Assembly: GCA_002633005.1 (NCBI GenBank) | Contig: NMRA01000498.1 | Coordinates: 237,772-301,771, forward strand | Origin: Phoronis australis | Taxonomy: Eukaryota; Animalia; Phoronida | Direction of reading: 5' to 3' | Length of the DNA: 64,000 nucleotides | Part shown: positions 10,601 to 22,767 of the stretch, in pieces | Layout: every line of letters begins with the position of its first letter | Numbering within the stretch: the stretch's first letter is position 1 | Position numbers and translations under genes: made by a program | Notes under the pieces: model-generated | What the model saw: the letters and a program-made list of their open reading frames with translations, nothing else | Databases searched by the model: none | What the model was told of the DNA's origin: nothing

Positions 10601-13600
10601 GTGAGCTCTGGGAAAATTGTAGATACTAAGATATAAGTTAGTATGATCCAGTGCTACATGGCACTGAAATTTACCTGCCGATTTACGGCCCTTATCTTTG
10701 CAAAACATGTTGCTTGGACGAAGACAACATATGAATTAGAAGTTTGATTGTTTTCCAAGTTGAAATGTTTTTGGTTGAGCACCATAATACAAAAGACACG
10801 TGAACAGGCACGCCTTTTGCGGAAGACAGGTCGATTAATTGAGTCTTAATGATTAAGATCTCTACGGGAATCTCAGCGTTCAGGAAATTTAGGTACGAAA
10901 TTCGTGTCTGATTACCAAAACAGCGAACTTCCTCTCGCGTTTTTGTCTAAAAATAACGAGTGCAAACTTCTCGACTTCGACATGCTCAAGGCCTACCGAT
11001 GAACCGGCGGAATGACGACGGGACACAGGTCGTCGCGTGCGGAAAAATGAGAGAAATCCTCTTTTCACCTCAATAGCGTATTCGACGTGCAGACACGTTT
11101 TGACTCTTCAGTTATCGTGTTTCGTTTTTTTATTACAGTCTTATGTCCTGAATCCCCTTTTGTTTGAAAAACAATGCATTTCATTCAGATTGCGTTGAAC
11201 TTGTGCGTTGAGAAGTCAGAAGTGAGGTGTTTCGAAAAGATTCACCCTAATGTATAAACTACTCTCACAGCGCTCCTTCAGGTCCTCCCAATACTTATTT
11301 CCGCATGCATTCTCATCATTATGAATACATAGTTATGACTGACTAAACAAACTCAAATAGTCACCGAATCGACATCCAAGTGGTTCTTATCTTCACCAGC
11401 CACTATCTGGTGTATAAGTGTATATTTATGTGACAACGCTGCTTAATCTTGAAACGAAAGCCAACGTATAATAGACTCATCGCCGGTGACATACGGTGGC
11501 CACATGTTGTTACAGCCAGGTGTGACTTTCTGTTCACCTGACTGTCGGCTGCTTTGATGTAATCTCCGCAGGTTACTGTCAGCCAGTTGTACTCTGCACT
11601 TAGTCGGTGACATGGTGTCTAATTTAGATTTGGTTGGCTACAGGTAAGGAATATCAACGCATCCTATTTCTTCCTAATTTGGGTTATCACGACGGGTAGA
11701 TACGCCTTTTCTTTTATCTTCGCTTACAAATTGTTAGTGGTCTGAAAACGATTATCCCCAGGGAGGTTACGGAGCATTATGTCATACAATGCCTTGGCAA
11801 GTGAGTAGTTTGCACAAGTACAATTCTGCCCTCTCGTAAAGGAAAACTTAGCCCGAAATACCATAACTAGACTGCAAGAGAACTGTCAGAGGCGTCGAAT
11901 TTTCACATTAGCACAAATTTGTAATACGAAATCCTCGTACTGCTGTAAGTTAAGGACTAGAGTAGCGAGTCAATATGAATAACAAGTAGAAAGGGGAAAC
12001 CATGTAACTTGTTAAATTGTCTGTTAACAACAGTGACTATGAGATATGTGCATAAGTTGCCCTGAGCAATGCAAGTCTTTAATTATTCAGTCTTTTATGG
12101 TCACCATTAATATATAGTCCCTGCGACTGAATTTTTGTGAAATAACACCATCGAATATTTTGTATCAGTGCCGAGTTCAACATTTATCCCTGAAACACTT
12201 TCAGTGAGATATTCTGTACATTCACTTGTTTACCAAAGCCATTGTGTGAAAGCGTGGCGGATCTAGGCAGGGCTCAGGCTTTCCCTAAGACTACAGGGCT
12301 AGTTCGTCTCTCCACGGTCAAAAGTCTACGCAGTTATTCTCACTAAAGTACCTATGAACCCGTGTTCAATAAAATAAATGGATCTTTTCTCTTAAACATC
12401 TTACTGCTACAAAACTAATCTCAACTTGGGCATAACTCTGATTAGACATGGATTTGGGGTTTGGAAATTATGACAGTCGGCTATTGATTGAGATCGACCT
12501 CGGCGCTTAAAGTAACCCGCCGTGAAACGTCTGAGGCAATGGTAGGCTGTCAGAAGTTTCCACGTTCAGGAATCAACTTTAATTTGGCTATGCAACAATC
12601 TGAGACCAGTTGTATAATCAGAAGTTAGTTTTTTGTGAAGAAGGGCGGGTTCATAGCCGCTTTAAATCTACTTACGTGAAAGTTATTTCTTAAACTTGGC
12701 TGTATGTTTTTAATTTATTGTATTGAACTAAAGAATAGTCTGAATTGGGCATTGCTTAAGAAGTTTTTAGTTTGAACTGTGAAGGAATACTACTCTTCTA
12801 GGTTTAGTTTTCAACCAGAGGAAATAATCCAATTCAATAACGCACTCGAGAGTGATATTTTATGCAGTTATGTCTCATACACTTTCATGATATTTTATTT
12901 TTAGTCAGGGAAGGCAAATTTTCTAACCGTTGAACAGGAAAAAATAATCTGCTGTGTTTCCACTTGTATGAACTGGCGGTTTAAAATAGCTTTCACATTC
13001 CTAAGATCTCACATTTCAACAAGATCGGCGAAGTCGCCGAAGACGGGCGCTGTGAGGGAAACGTTTTAAAAGAAATCCGTGAAGTTGTGATTGCTAATCG
13101 GGGAATTAGTTTCGGTACTATTGATATTTTTGTAATAATGGCTAATTTTCAGGACGCAGCATGAGCGCATACGTTCTACCAATGTTTACGTTTTTATTTT
13201 TGCAGTCCAGCGCTCCAATATAAAAGATAGTGTCCCGTGACCAAAACAGTGAGCGCTTTCTTTCGTCCAAGTACATGTTCTTTGCTAAGAGCTGTGTGTG
13301 ATTGTGCCTTTTATCGCTATACATGTATGTCATTCTCCTTGTACGCCACTTGAAAGACTTCACTTTTTCAAACGAAAGTTCAATATCTGATTTAATTTAG
13401 ATACTGTAATTACCATTTACGCCATAAGTATTGGAACCGACTGATGTCGCCAAAACATCATGTCCAATTAGGGGGTCAGTCGGTGCAGTCTCGGCAGAAT
13501 TTTTTATGATTACTGACTTAATGCGGACATTACGTTTTAAAATAGAAGCTATATTTGTTTAATAACTGGCACAGACATTAAGTAATTATCACGTGGTTGT

Positions 13601-16600
13601 CCAAAATTACTTTAACGCTTTTAACTTCCGTTTTTCGGTGAATAACTTGACAGCGGCCTGACTCGGCCGGTTCGTCGTCGACCATTAAAAAACAACGTGC
13701 GGTTATCCTACACGCGACTGCGTATTTGTTCAAATACTTGTAACTCTCACACATAACACCTGATCGCATATTTGTTGTGAGTTCTCAATTACTCTATTTA
13801 CGTTATCTTTTTGAATTTCACATACGTTTGTTTATGTATTTCTATCCACGTTTCGACCCTTTTTAATGTGGCAGCAGCCCAGCGCATGGATACAGTTTTT
13901 GGCAGAGTACTTGCCCATTGACTGCACATTCGTGGCAGTGGGGATTGGTAAACCCAGGTGGAATTTTAATCCGCGTGCGCGTCTCATCCGAGTCAAGTAG
14001 CTAGTCTCTGGTCAGCCGCAGGGAGCTTTGGCTTTACTCGCATTGTGTTGGAAGCCCACATTTAAACAGATCAGTTTTGTTGGGTACATTAAGGGGTGGG
14101 CGTCTCCTCTTGACCGCCAGAGTCGAGTGGTCATTTTAGATCTCATTTCGTGAATTCGAACGATTACATTACGATGTCCTTTTGTGCTGCCAGCCAGTGC
14201 ACGACACAAATGTACTCGAATGCGCACTCGGAAGTCTGGAGTTTGCTTCCGGTCAATGTTCTTGAAGAAATGAATGTTTGTTGATCGTCGTGATTGGTTC
14301 TGCATCTTGGGAAAAAGATGCCAACACTCTTAATTGCAATATCTTTTTTTTCTTGTAGGAGGAAGCGAGTGTTTGACAGTTGCCCTGAAAAACAGATGCA
14401 AGAATATTTTACAGAGAAGACGGCGTGTGCGCGATTTACCAGACTCTCGACGAATGCGGAAGTTTGCGAGGCGTTGCGAGATAAACTTTTTGCCGTTGGT
14501 GCATTTCGTGAATGACGTCAGTGAGGGTCGTACACAGGAGTTGATATGCAGAGACAATATACCTAATTTCGGTTCTTGTCCGGCCCTGAGGCCAATCAAC
14601 GAAAGTACAGAACTTATTTGTAATCCAATTAGAGACAACACGAGACGGTGCGAAACTACTCACGAAACAGTGCAGACGAAGTGCCGGGTATTTGAAATCT
14701 GCGATCAAGCACTTGTACTATCTGGTGGATGGAACAGAGAGGCTAGCTTACTACGTCACAAGGAAAACGCCGTCGGAGTCTATCGTCTGCTGAGGAAAAA
14801 TGGTTTTCACAAAAACAACATCAAGGTGTTCTTCGCTAACGGAATGTCAGGTGGAATACCAGGTATGTATTAGTATTTGAGTAAAATACCGGAAATAAAA
14901 AGTATAGTTATTATTGTTACAATTATTACTACTGCGATGTTGTTATTATTTATTAAAAATTGTTGTCATTATTGTTGTTGATATTGTTATTTGTCTCATT
15001 TTTAACAAAGCAGAATTGCACCAATGGTGTTATGCGCTCCAGAACAATAGGAACTCTACGGGTGCCTTAACTTGCATTTGAGTTGAGCAATGACCCCCAG
15101 GATTTGCTATTGTCTATTGCAAAGAATGTATGCCCAACTTGTTCAGAATATTTCTTTATCTAAGGTGTGCTCGATTATAAAGCAAGGATTTAGCTTGTTA
15201 TGTACATGTGCACGTGACGATCTCGCGAAGACTTGCCTGATCGCGTTCGCAAGTTTCCTGCTATGCGCGCATCCAGTTAAAAATGGGGAGCCCGAATTTT
15301 TGAGAATGTGGAGCTTTTACCAAGATTCACTGGGTACATTCAGATCTATGAATTGTGGATTTGTCTAATTTTTGTTGTTCTTGCCTTTTTAGTGGATTTT
15401 TGTCTCGTTTTCTATTTTTTCTGTGTTTTTGTTTCTCTGAGGCGGACCTTTTTACCAATTTCGCATGTCTACACAACGCAACCCTGTTTCGTGTGTTCTA
15501 TACCGCGGTGGAAATGAATGCATATTCGAAAATACTTCCTGTTCATTAACAACGGTGGAATAACATCCTTTCGGTAAAAATCTTTCCGCTAGATCCGTCA
15601 GTAGTATTCGTCGTAAATGCAAACGGGACTCGTCAGTCGACGAAAAATGATGAGAAAATGCCAGTCAAAGACAAACCTACAATGGCGCGGTTTGACTCCA
15701 TGGATGATTTCATTCATTCTGTAAAATGGAGCGTTGTTGTGTTGGCAAAACAGTAATAAAACTTTGAATAGACTCATCAACATGCTTGGTTGATCAAGAT
15801 GGCTTCGGTGGGTGCATCGGTGCGTTTGATGGGGTTGGTTGAGTTCTTTGATGCACAGGTATGGCGAGATTGGACCGAGTGCAGCGGCTGATTTCAGTGG
15901 GTCTTTGCCATGAGAATTTCTACCGTGCCCTTTGTAGTGCGTCGTTTGATCACAGAAGTTTGGACGTCCAGTGATACAAACAGGCGTAACAAAAATGGAA
16001 ACAACGGAAAGCAGTCAATTTCATAACTCCACCTACATGATCATAGTGAATTGTTCATTGATCTAAAACAACTTAAAACGACATGAAAGTCGACGCCTAA
16101 TTTAGGGCATTTGAAGTTGCGCTCCTGTTGACACAAACCTTGAATTAATTGTGAGAGAAAACCAACTTAAAACGACACGAAAGTTGGCGCTAAATTTTGT
16201 GAATATCGTGTTTTGAATTGTAACACTGAATGTCACTAAATAAGAAAGAAAAATATCTCTAAGGAAATCAAATAGCGTGTTGCATTGTTGAATTAATATG
16301 AATGCAATCGACTGCATTTCACCACTTAGACGCACTCTTTGTAAAGCAAGTTGGCTTTGTCTTGCTTTTGTTTTCTAATAAGGCAACATCTTTGACAAGT
16401 ATTAATGAATCCATTTCTTATGTCAATCAACAAAATTAGTGGCTTTTAAAGTCGAGAATCCTGTAACAATCTAATTAAGGGTCTTGTCGACCGCTTTGAT
16501 TGTGATCACAAGTTGGAAAATTTTAAACTGACGCCAGGAACGAAATATGCCTACGGCTTAGCACAGATACGCATAGCATCAAAGAAATGTCTACTTTAAA

Positions 16601-19600
16601 CCTAAACCGGTGTATTTTGACTGAAAATCGTGTGGATCGGGTTCACACAGACCCGGCGTCTGTAGACCAGCCTTCAGAGCGCCATAATGAGGGCCTTTGA
16701 TCGCACTACTTTTTGTCACTAATTCTATGGAATGCTTTTCAGTCGATTTGTTTTATCACGAGAATACGCGCGGATTTCTGTCTTGTAAGCCGTTGTTTAT
16801 CACTTCAATTCAATCTAATAACTTTTAGAAGTGAAGTATTCTGTCGCCGATGTAGGACGCCCTCTCGCGTTTGCCAGTTCCAGCTGAACGCACTTACGGA
16901 ACAATTAGATTGTAATTAATAGACGCTTCAAGGCATGCGCCTGTGACTTTTACAACCAGCCATCACTTTTAATAACCGTTGAAAACCCTCGACTAGTGTT
17001 GAAGATTCTTTGATAACTGATCGAGAGATGTTTTCTAAAATTGTAATACTGGTTAGCTTGGCAATGTGAGAAGTCGTAAAATCCCAAGTTACTGATACAC
17101 CGTAGTAAACTGTCCATTCAGTAATCTGCGCCGATATATTTTCCCGGAAATTCGTTGTTTTGTTGCCATTTACTTGTAAACATCCTCATAAATTCAAATA
17201 ACTTGTATAATCACGTCTAGATCTCTGAGGTCGTAGTGTAGTACCGCTTGTTTGTGGATAAAAGCGGTTTAGTTGGTGGGAGTTTGTTTACGATCTGGGT
17301 TTTGTTTTCGATGACGCAACTTTTGCAACAGCAAGTATTTGATATGGCGCTGGTATTTTCGTCGTCTGAAGATCAATAAACAGGCACCTTCGCTCCTTTC
17401 ATGACTTAGTCACAACATGAGGGTCACTAATTTCACCGTTTACAGCGCTACACAATGTACTGTGATTGCTCTGTAATTAAACACATAGATGCATTTCATA
17501 ACCTAACTTTTGATTCAACGTGTAATTCGCGAAAGCGAAGTCCTATGATAATTCAGCGTTTAGTTACAAAGCGGTGGAAACTGTTGGAGGCGCCTCTGAA
17601 TCTCAGCTACAAAGTTTTAAATCCCAATCTCGGACATGTACGCACCAAATCCGAATACAATGCTTCCGATTCGCGCCTCTAAACTCCACTCACCCGCCGA
17701 AATTGTTTCATACATGGTGACCAACCTCTAGTCCTGGATCAAACTCCAGTCCAGTGACCACTTTTGGGTGGAGCCCGGATCTGGTCTAAGACTTGGGTTC
17801 AAAGGATCATAGTTGGAGTTTAGGGGCGCAGCCATGCACTCGTTTCACCCTGTTACAGGCCCAATGAAAGATATTGGACGGTTACTTAAATTTCTAAAAT
17901 ATTGCCTCTCGCGTGCGATCAGGAAAATGAAGCATGTTAGCCACTGCGGAGCAAAGAGTTCGTGCTTTCTTCTGAGTAAAACCCGACTGCTCCCTAAAAG
18001 TACGCTGTTATAACGGAGGCGTCGTACCGTCTTGTCGGGTGAGGCAAGCTCAAGGATCTTAAGTGTCATAAAAACGTATTGATGTCGCGCCTTTTGGTTT
18101 TAAACATGTATCGTTTGCAAAAAGCTAGAAAACGATAAGGTTATGAACAGATGAAAGTCTTTTTTTAAACTGAACCAACCAAGTGATGGCACGCGCGCAG
18201 ACAAGTGTCGAAGTATTCAGCAATTTAACGGCGTAGTGTCGTTGATTAGAGTGAACGTATGTAATAAGGCGAGCAATTCTTTGGCGGAAAATAGCAAAGG
18301 TCTCTTTTTATGAATGAACTAACTTCACGCAGCAACTCGAGTAATCTTCAGCACTGCTTCGATGATTTTGTGATTGTTTTTCAACCAGTTAGAGAAAACA
18401 AACCGCATTTTTAATGTAGAAAATACCCTTTCATGAACTTAGTGCTGTCCGCCCATGGAGCTCACAGCCGGGCATTCTTCTATTGGAAAGGTGATCAAAG
18501 CAGGGGGCTCTTTACGCTTAATGTTCACTTGATTTTCAAGCAACGAGAGATGAAAGAGCTGGAAAGTAAACATGTCCAGATGTGCAACTATTCGCATTTG
18601 ATCGCCTTACTCCAAAGACCACGGCTTTGGGCAATGATCTCATGCCTTCCTGCGCTGTAAACAGGCCGCGTTTGTGAATTGCCGCCATTAGCTAGTTCGA
18701 TTTTAGCGTGTGACACGTCAATAATTGGTCGGATGTGCAAGACCTTGGCTGCGTTACTTTCGAGACCTAAGCATTTCTCTATCACGCTAGTGTGATCAGG
18801 TGCTTCGCTTGTATTGCGTCACGGTGGCAAAGTCTTGCGTTTTCACGAGATTAAATGTATACTTAAAATAGTTTACAATCGAAACAGAATTGTGAAATGT
18901 GTGTACCCGTTCCATTCAAAGCGAAGATTTTTCGTAACTCAAACGTGCGAAATTTCATGGTTCTCCATGGCAACAATTCATCTATATGTATTCATCATTG
19001 ATACAATGAAATGTTCCCATCATTTGTAGTTAACTGAAACATAGAGCAGAAAAAGCTCGGGATTTTTGACATGCTCAAAGCCTTAAGAAAATTTATGCGC
19101 AACAAGTCTGCGCTTTGGCTGTTTACGACGGAAATATTATTCAATAAAATATTAATGTTTTAAATGTCGTGAATGTAGTGAAATAACACATACTGTTATA
19201 CTTTGGCTTTTAGGTGATCTTAGAACTCCACCGTTTCTTCTTTTGCCTTGTAGACTCAGCGGAAGATTTAAACCCTCAGACGGTGTATCCAGCAGCCATG
19301 AAGCTGGCCATGCGATACCATACGAAAAAGATGTGCGAAAGCCCCCACTGCGTGGACAGCCTAGTTGTATACATGAACGGACCTTCTAGAACAGATGGTA
19401 GCATGCTCCTGTGGGATGCGAACCATAATGGACTGGTAAGTCACCTCTCCGCGTTAATCGTCTTCATGAAACATTCAAGTTCTTGTCCCTGAGCCTATTT
19501 CCTGGTAATGGGGCGGCCTTCGTTTCTCGCGCATAATGTGGCAGATATATACATATATGTATGCATAGTTGGCTAGTGAAAACATCGTGCAAGTTCTCGA

Positions 19601-21920
19601 TTTGGAGGTAAACCCAGTGTTGGCAGTTTGGCAATAATTGTGTTCAATAAATGGACTCATATTGGTTTTGACCATGACAGTGCTGAACTGCAGCTTTCAA
19701 GATCAAAACGGTCTGGCCTAACATAATATAACACAAATTTCAAATCCAGTAATTCGATGTCTTTCTCAAGATACTCATTATCATTATGTCTGATTTATCT
19801 GCTTCTCCGGTTATCGCAGTCTATCTACAACATCAAAGAACCGCCGTCTTCATAGATTTTTAATTGTTGCTTTAGTCAGCTACTTATTCGCTATCTAATG
19901 ATTAATACTAGCTGATGAGTGAGATGTCTTAGCGCAAAGTAAATCGTCCGACTTCTAGAATCAACATCCGCTAATTCGAACACGCCCGGCATTTCGTTTA
20001 GCAATCTGGGTAAATGGCTACTCAAGAAAACAGGCTATGAATTTCACTTTACCATATGCTCACACGAAGTAATGAAAGAGAGCGTTTTAATGGATTGCGT
20101 TATCAAATAAAAAACCCTTACGGATACCCGTTCCGTCCACACGCATCCAGTGAAAACGACAACCAAAACGTAAGGTTTTAAAAACACCGTTTTCAGTATA
20201 CTTATGTCGATGGCGAAAGCGCCAGTTTCGAAAGCCCCGACATCACGCCAAGTCAGAGCCTCGATACGCTTGGGCAGCGTGTTACTAGTTTTGTTAGCGT
20301 TTTTCGTTTGTGCGGGGGAAGCGTGAAAGCGTTACGTGAGGACGAAAATCTTTTGAAAACGTTAAGGAGTGATGTTTTCGAAACGAAAACGCAATTGCGA
20401 GGATATATAGATGGGGTCTCAGAATTTACTTAGAAAATATAGGATCAACGAAAGAAATCACGTCGCACTACGTAATGCCTTTTCTATAAATTGATGGTCT
20501 GTGGTAGCTTGCGTTCTCTTGCACATCGCTAGACGATAACGTTTGCTCAAAGCGTGCTAACCTGTTGAACATATTTTGTTGCAAATCATTGGTCCAAAGT
20601 TGAAAAAACATCGTAGTTGTTTTGACGTTGTTTATTGAAAATCTTTGGTTTCAATTTCAGGCGGAGGAATCCGAAGTCTACACGGTCGAAGAACTTTTGG
20701 AAGACGTCAGTGACTGCGAAGCGCGTAACGTTCAAATTATCGCCGATCAGAGCTTCTCAGGGGAGATTGCCCGTGCCGTAAGAAAGTCACGTCACCATAG
20801 GAACGTGGTGGTTTTCGCCAGTGGGGGTATACACGAGTACTCTTTCGGCAACGCCTACACTCGACACTGGGTCAACTTTAATCATACACACTCGTGCTCA
20901 CACGATGCACATCAGGTACGTTTTTTATCTTGACTGATTATAGGTTAAACAGGCGAGTTCTGAAGGAAGGGCCTTGTTATGTCAATAGTGATGCACTTAG
21001 AATGCACTTCTACGTGTGTGCGTTTGCACATTGTATATTTGTAATGGATGAGTGCTAATTGCCGAGAAAAGGAATCAAATCAAAGTTTCTAGACTTACTA
21101 GGGTATGATTAAGATCATAAATGTCTTTGGTGCCTCTCGTTGCAAAATAGTGTCCTACATGTCTATTGGTCACTTTCATATATTACGAATTTTACTATAG
21201 TCGACATTATTCTCACCACAGGCAGTGGTTAAAATAGTTCGCATACTAACTAGCCCGTGATACCGTACGGTTGTAGGAATGTTTTAAAAACAATCACTTC
21301 TTGGAATAAACACAAAGAAAATTATGAATTGGTTGAAGAAAATACGAGAAGATGAAACGAAAAGTTCATCAGCTAATGTCTGAGGAATTCCTTTGAGTAA
21401 GCAATTTGGCACTCGTCCCAATAGTTCGGGTGATTGACGATCGATTCATAAAGGGATTGCCAAACAGTTGCCGTCTGCGTGGCGAGGTCTACCAGAAATT
21501 GTATGTTTTCTTGTGGTCAATTTAATCCGCCGTGTCCGTTTTTCGCGCTGGGTTTGTTTGTTTCCCTAAAAGCTGCTAAAAGCGAGTGCGTGAAAAAACA
21601 AACGCACAGCTACCCTGACGTCATAACTAAACGCCAGTTCCTTTTCTTTTTAGGAAGCAGCTAGTAAGATGAAACTGTCCACACCAGACATTGGTGAACC
21701 CGACGGACTCAACCACGTGACACTGTTTGGGGCACCATGCGATGTGAGACCGCCATTCACACGCGACGAGCTTCGACGGAACTATCTCGGGTGTCAGAAT
21801 GTCCCGACCGCCTTGTGGTTCTTGAAAATGTTGGGCGGATCACAACCGCAGAACAATCCCTTCTCGTCGGTGGGCCGACCGAGGTACAGAGCTAATGCTT
21901 ACGGTCCTGTTCGGCGGTAG
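7693..21920 (+). CDS. 5-exon gene, ~560 aa, probably secreted Cys-rich protein with a peptidase C13 (legumain/GPI8)-like caspase-fold domain, likely catalytically inactive
   Basis: Exons 7693-8167, 14359-14862, 19254-19435, 20661-20915, 21654-21920. All junctions are GT-AG and phase-consistent (1,1,0,0); total 1683 nt. Signal-peptide-like VKLILFYTFHVCLVLS (alternative ATGs 7657, 7702). QALVLSGGWN...RHKENAVGVYRLLRKNGFHKNNIKVFF aligns by eye with legumain [50 protein letters not shown] with DHVFIYFTDHG; VQIIADQSFSG with MVFYIEACESG; NVVVFASG...EYSFG with NVYATTAANPRESSY. Confidence 0.85.
15262..15467. mobile_element. Degenerate copy of the CATGCGCGCACCCAG-TIR MITE family
   Basis: tgcgcgcatccag...gcccgaattt...ggatttttgtctcgttttct...gaggcggacctttttaccaatttcgc shares internal sequence with 39170-39401 and 50675-50899. 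Confidence 0.6.
20125..20421. mobile_element. Degraded MITE, Harbinger-like termini
   Basis: Starts ccgtccacacgcatcc...gaaaacg and ends gaaaacg...agatggggtc; repeated internal gaaaacg motifs. Confidence 0.35.
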
Positions 21921-22761
21921 TCACGCGTTATCGTCTTTCGTCAAATTGTTGTTTCCGATAAAATTGTAAGCGTCTCTAGAGGGCGCCTAGTTCTGCTCAC
22001 TTCGCGACTAGATGCGTCCTTCTGACAAGAACGACAAGAGTTTGCGCTTTCCGGCCATATCAAGAAGAAAATTGGCCGTATGATGCGTCATGCTTGTATT
22101 ATTTATTAATTTAAGTATTTATTATTAAAGTCTCTAAGGAGTTGTTGGCTTTTGTGACAGGGACAACCCAGTCGTATATACACACACACGCGTATATGTA
22201 AATGTATGTATGTATGTATATGAGGCTATTCACTGGCGGTCACATGACCCGCAATTTGCCCGTTTCCAAGGCAACGGCTTGCGCAAGTCTGAACAAGTGC
22301 TATAATATTTTTAACCAACCTGTACAAAGTGTAAAATAAGATCAGTTTGATGCTTGTAAATACCGTTGTAAACTATATTGATTTATCTAGTTGAAAATGT
22401 TATATTTGTGGTCTGTAGAAGCGTGCCTAGGACGGAGTAAACCCGGCGTTTCCGGCGAAACATTTTCTAGAATTATGAACGGCTTTCTCGCGGTGTATGG
22501 GGAAGACCATGAATTGAATTATTTGTCTCAAGAACTGTAGGATTTACTTTTTTAAGATAAAAAGCAATTCACGCTGTTCTTGCGTACGGTTAAGCAGCCT
22601 ACGGAAAGCTGTCTAGGGGGTGTTGAAAGTGGTTAGGCTTTAAAATTTGAAATTTCAAATATAGACATGCAGTAAGTTATGTAAGAAATTATTCCAACTC
22701 ATGTCTTACCAAGGAGTCGCGTTCTTGTAGATATGTTAATAAGAACTTGTTATTTCACGTT

Positions 22762-22767
22762 AATAAA
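22762..22767 (+). terminator. Candidate poly(A) signal of the C13-like gene
   Basis: AATAAA followed by a T/GT-rich tract, ~840 nt after the stop codon. Confidence 0.45.
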
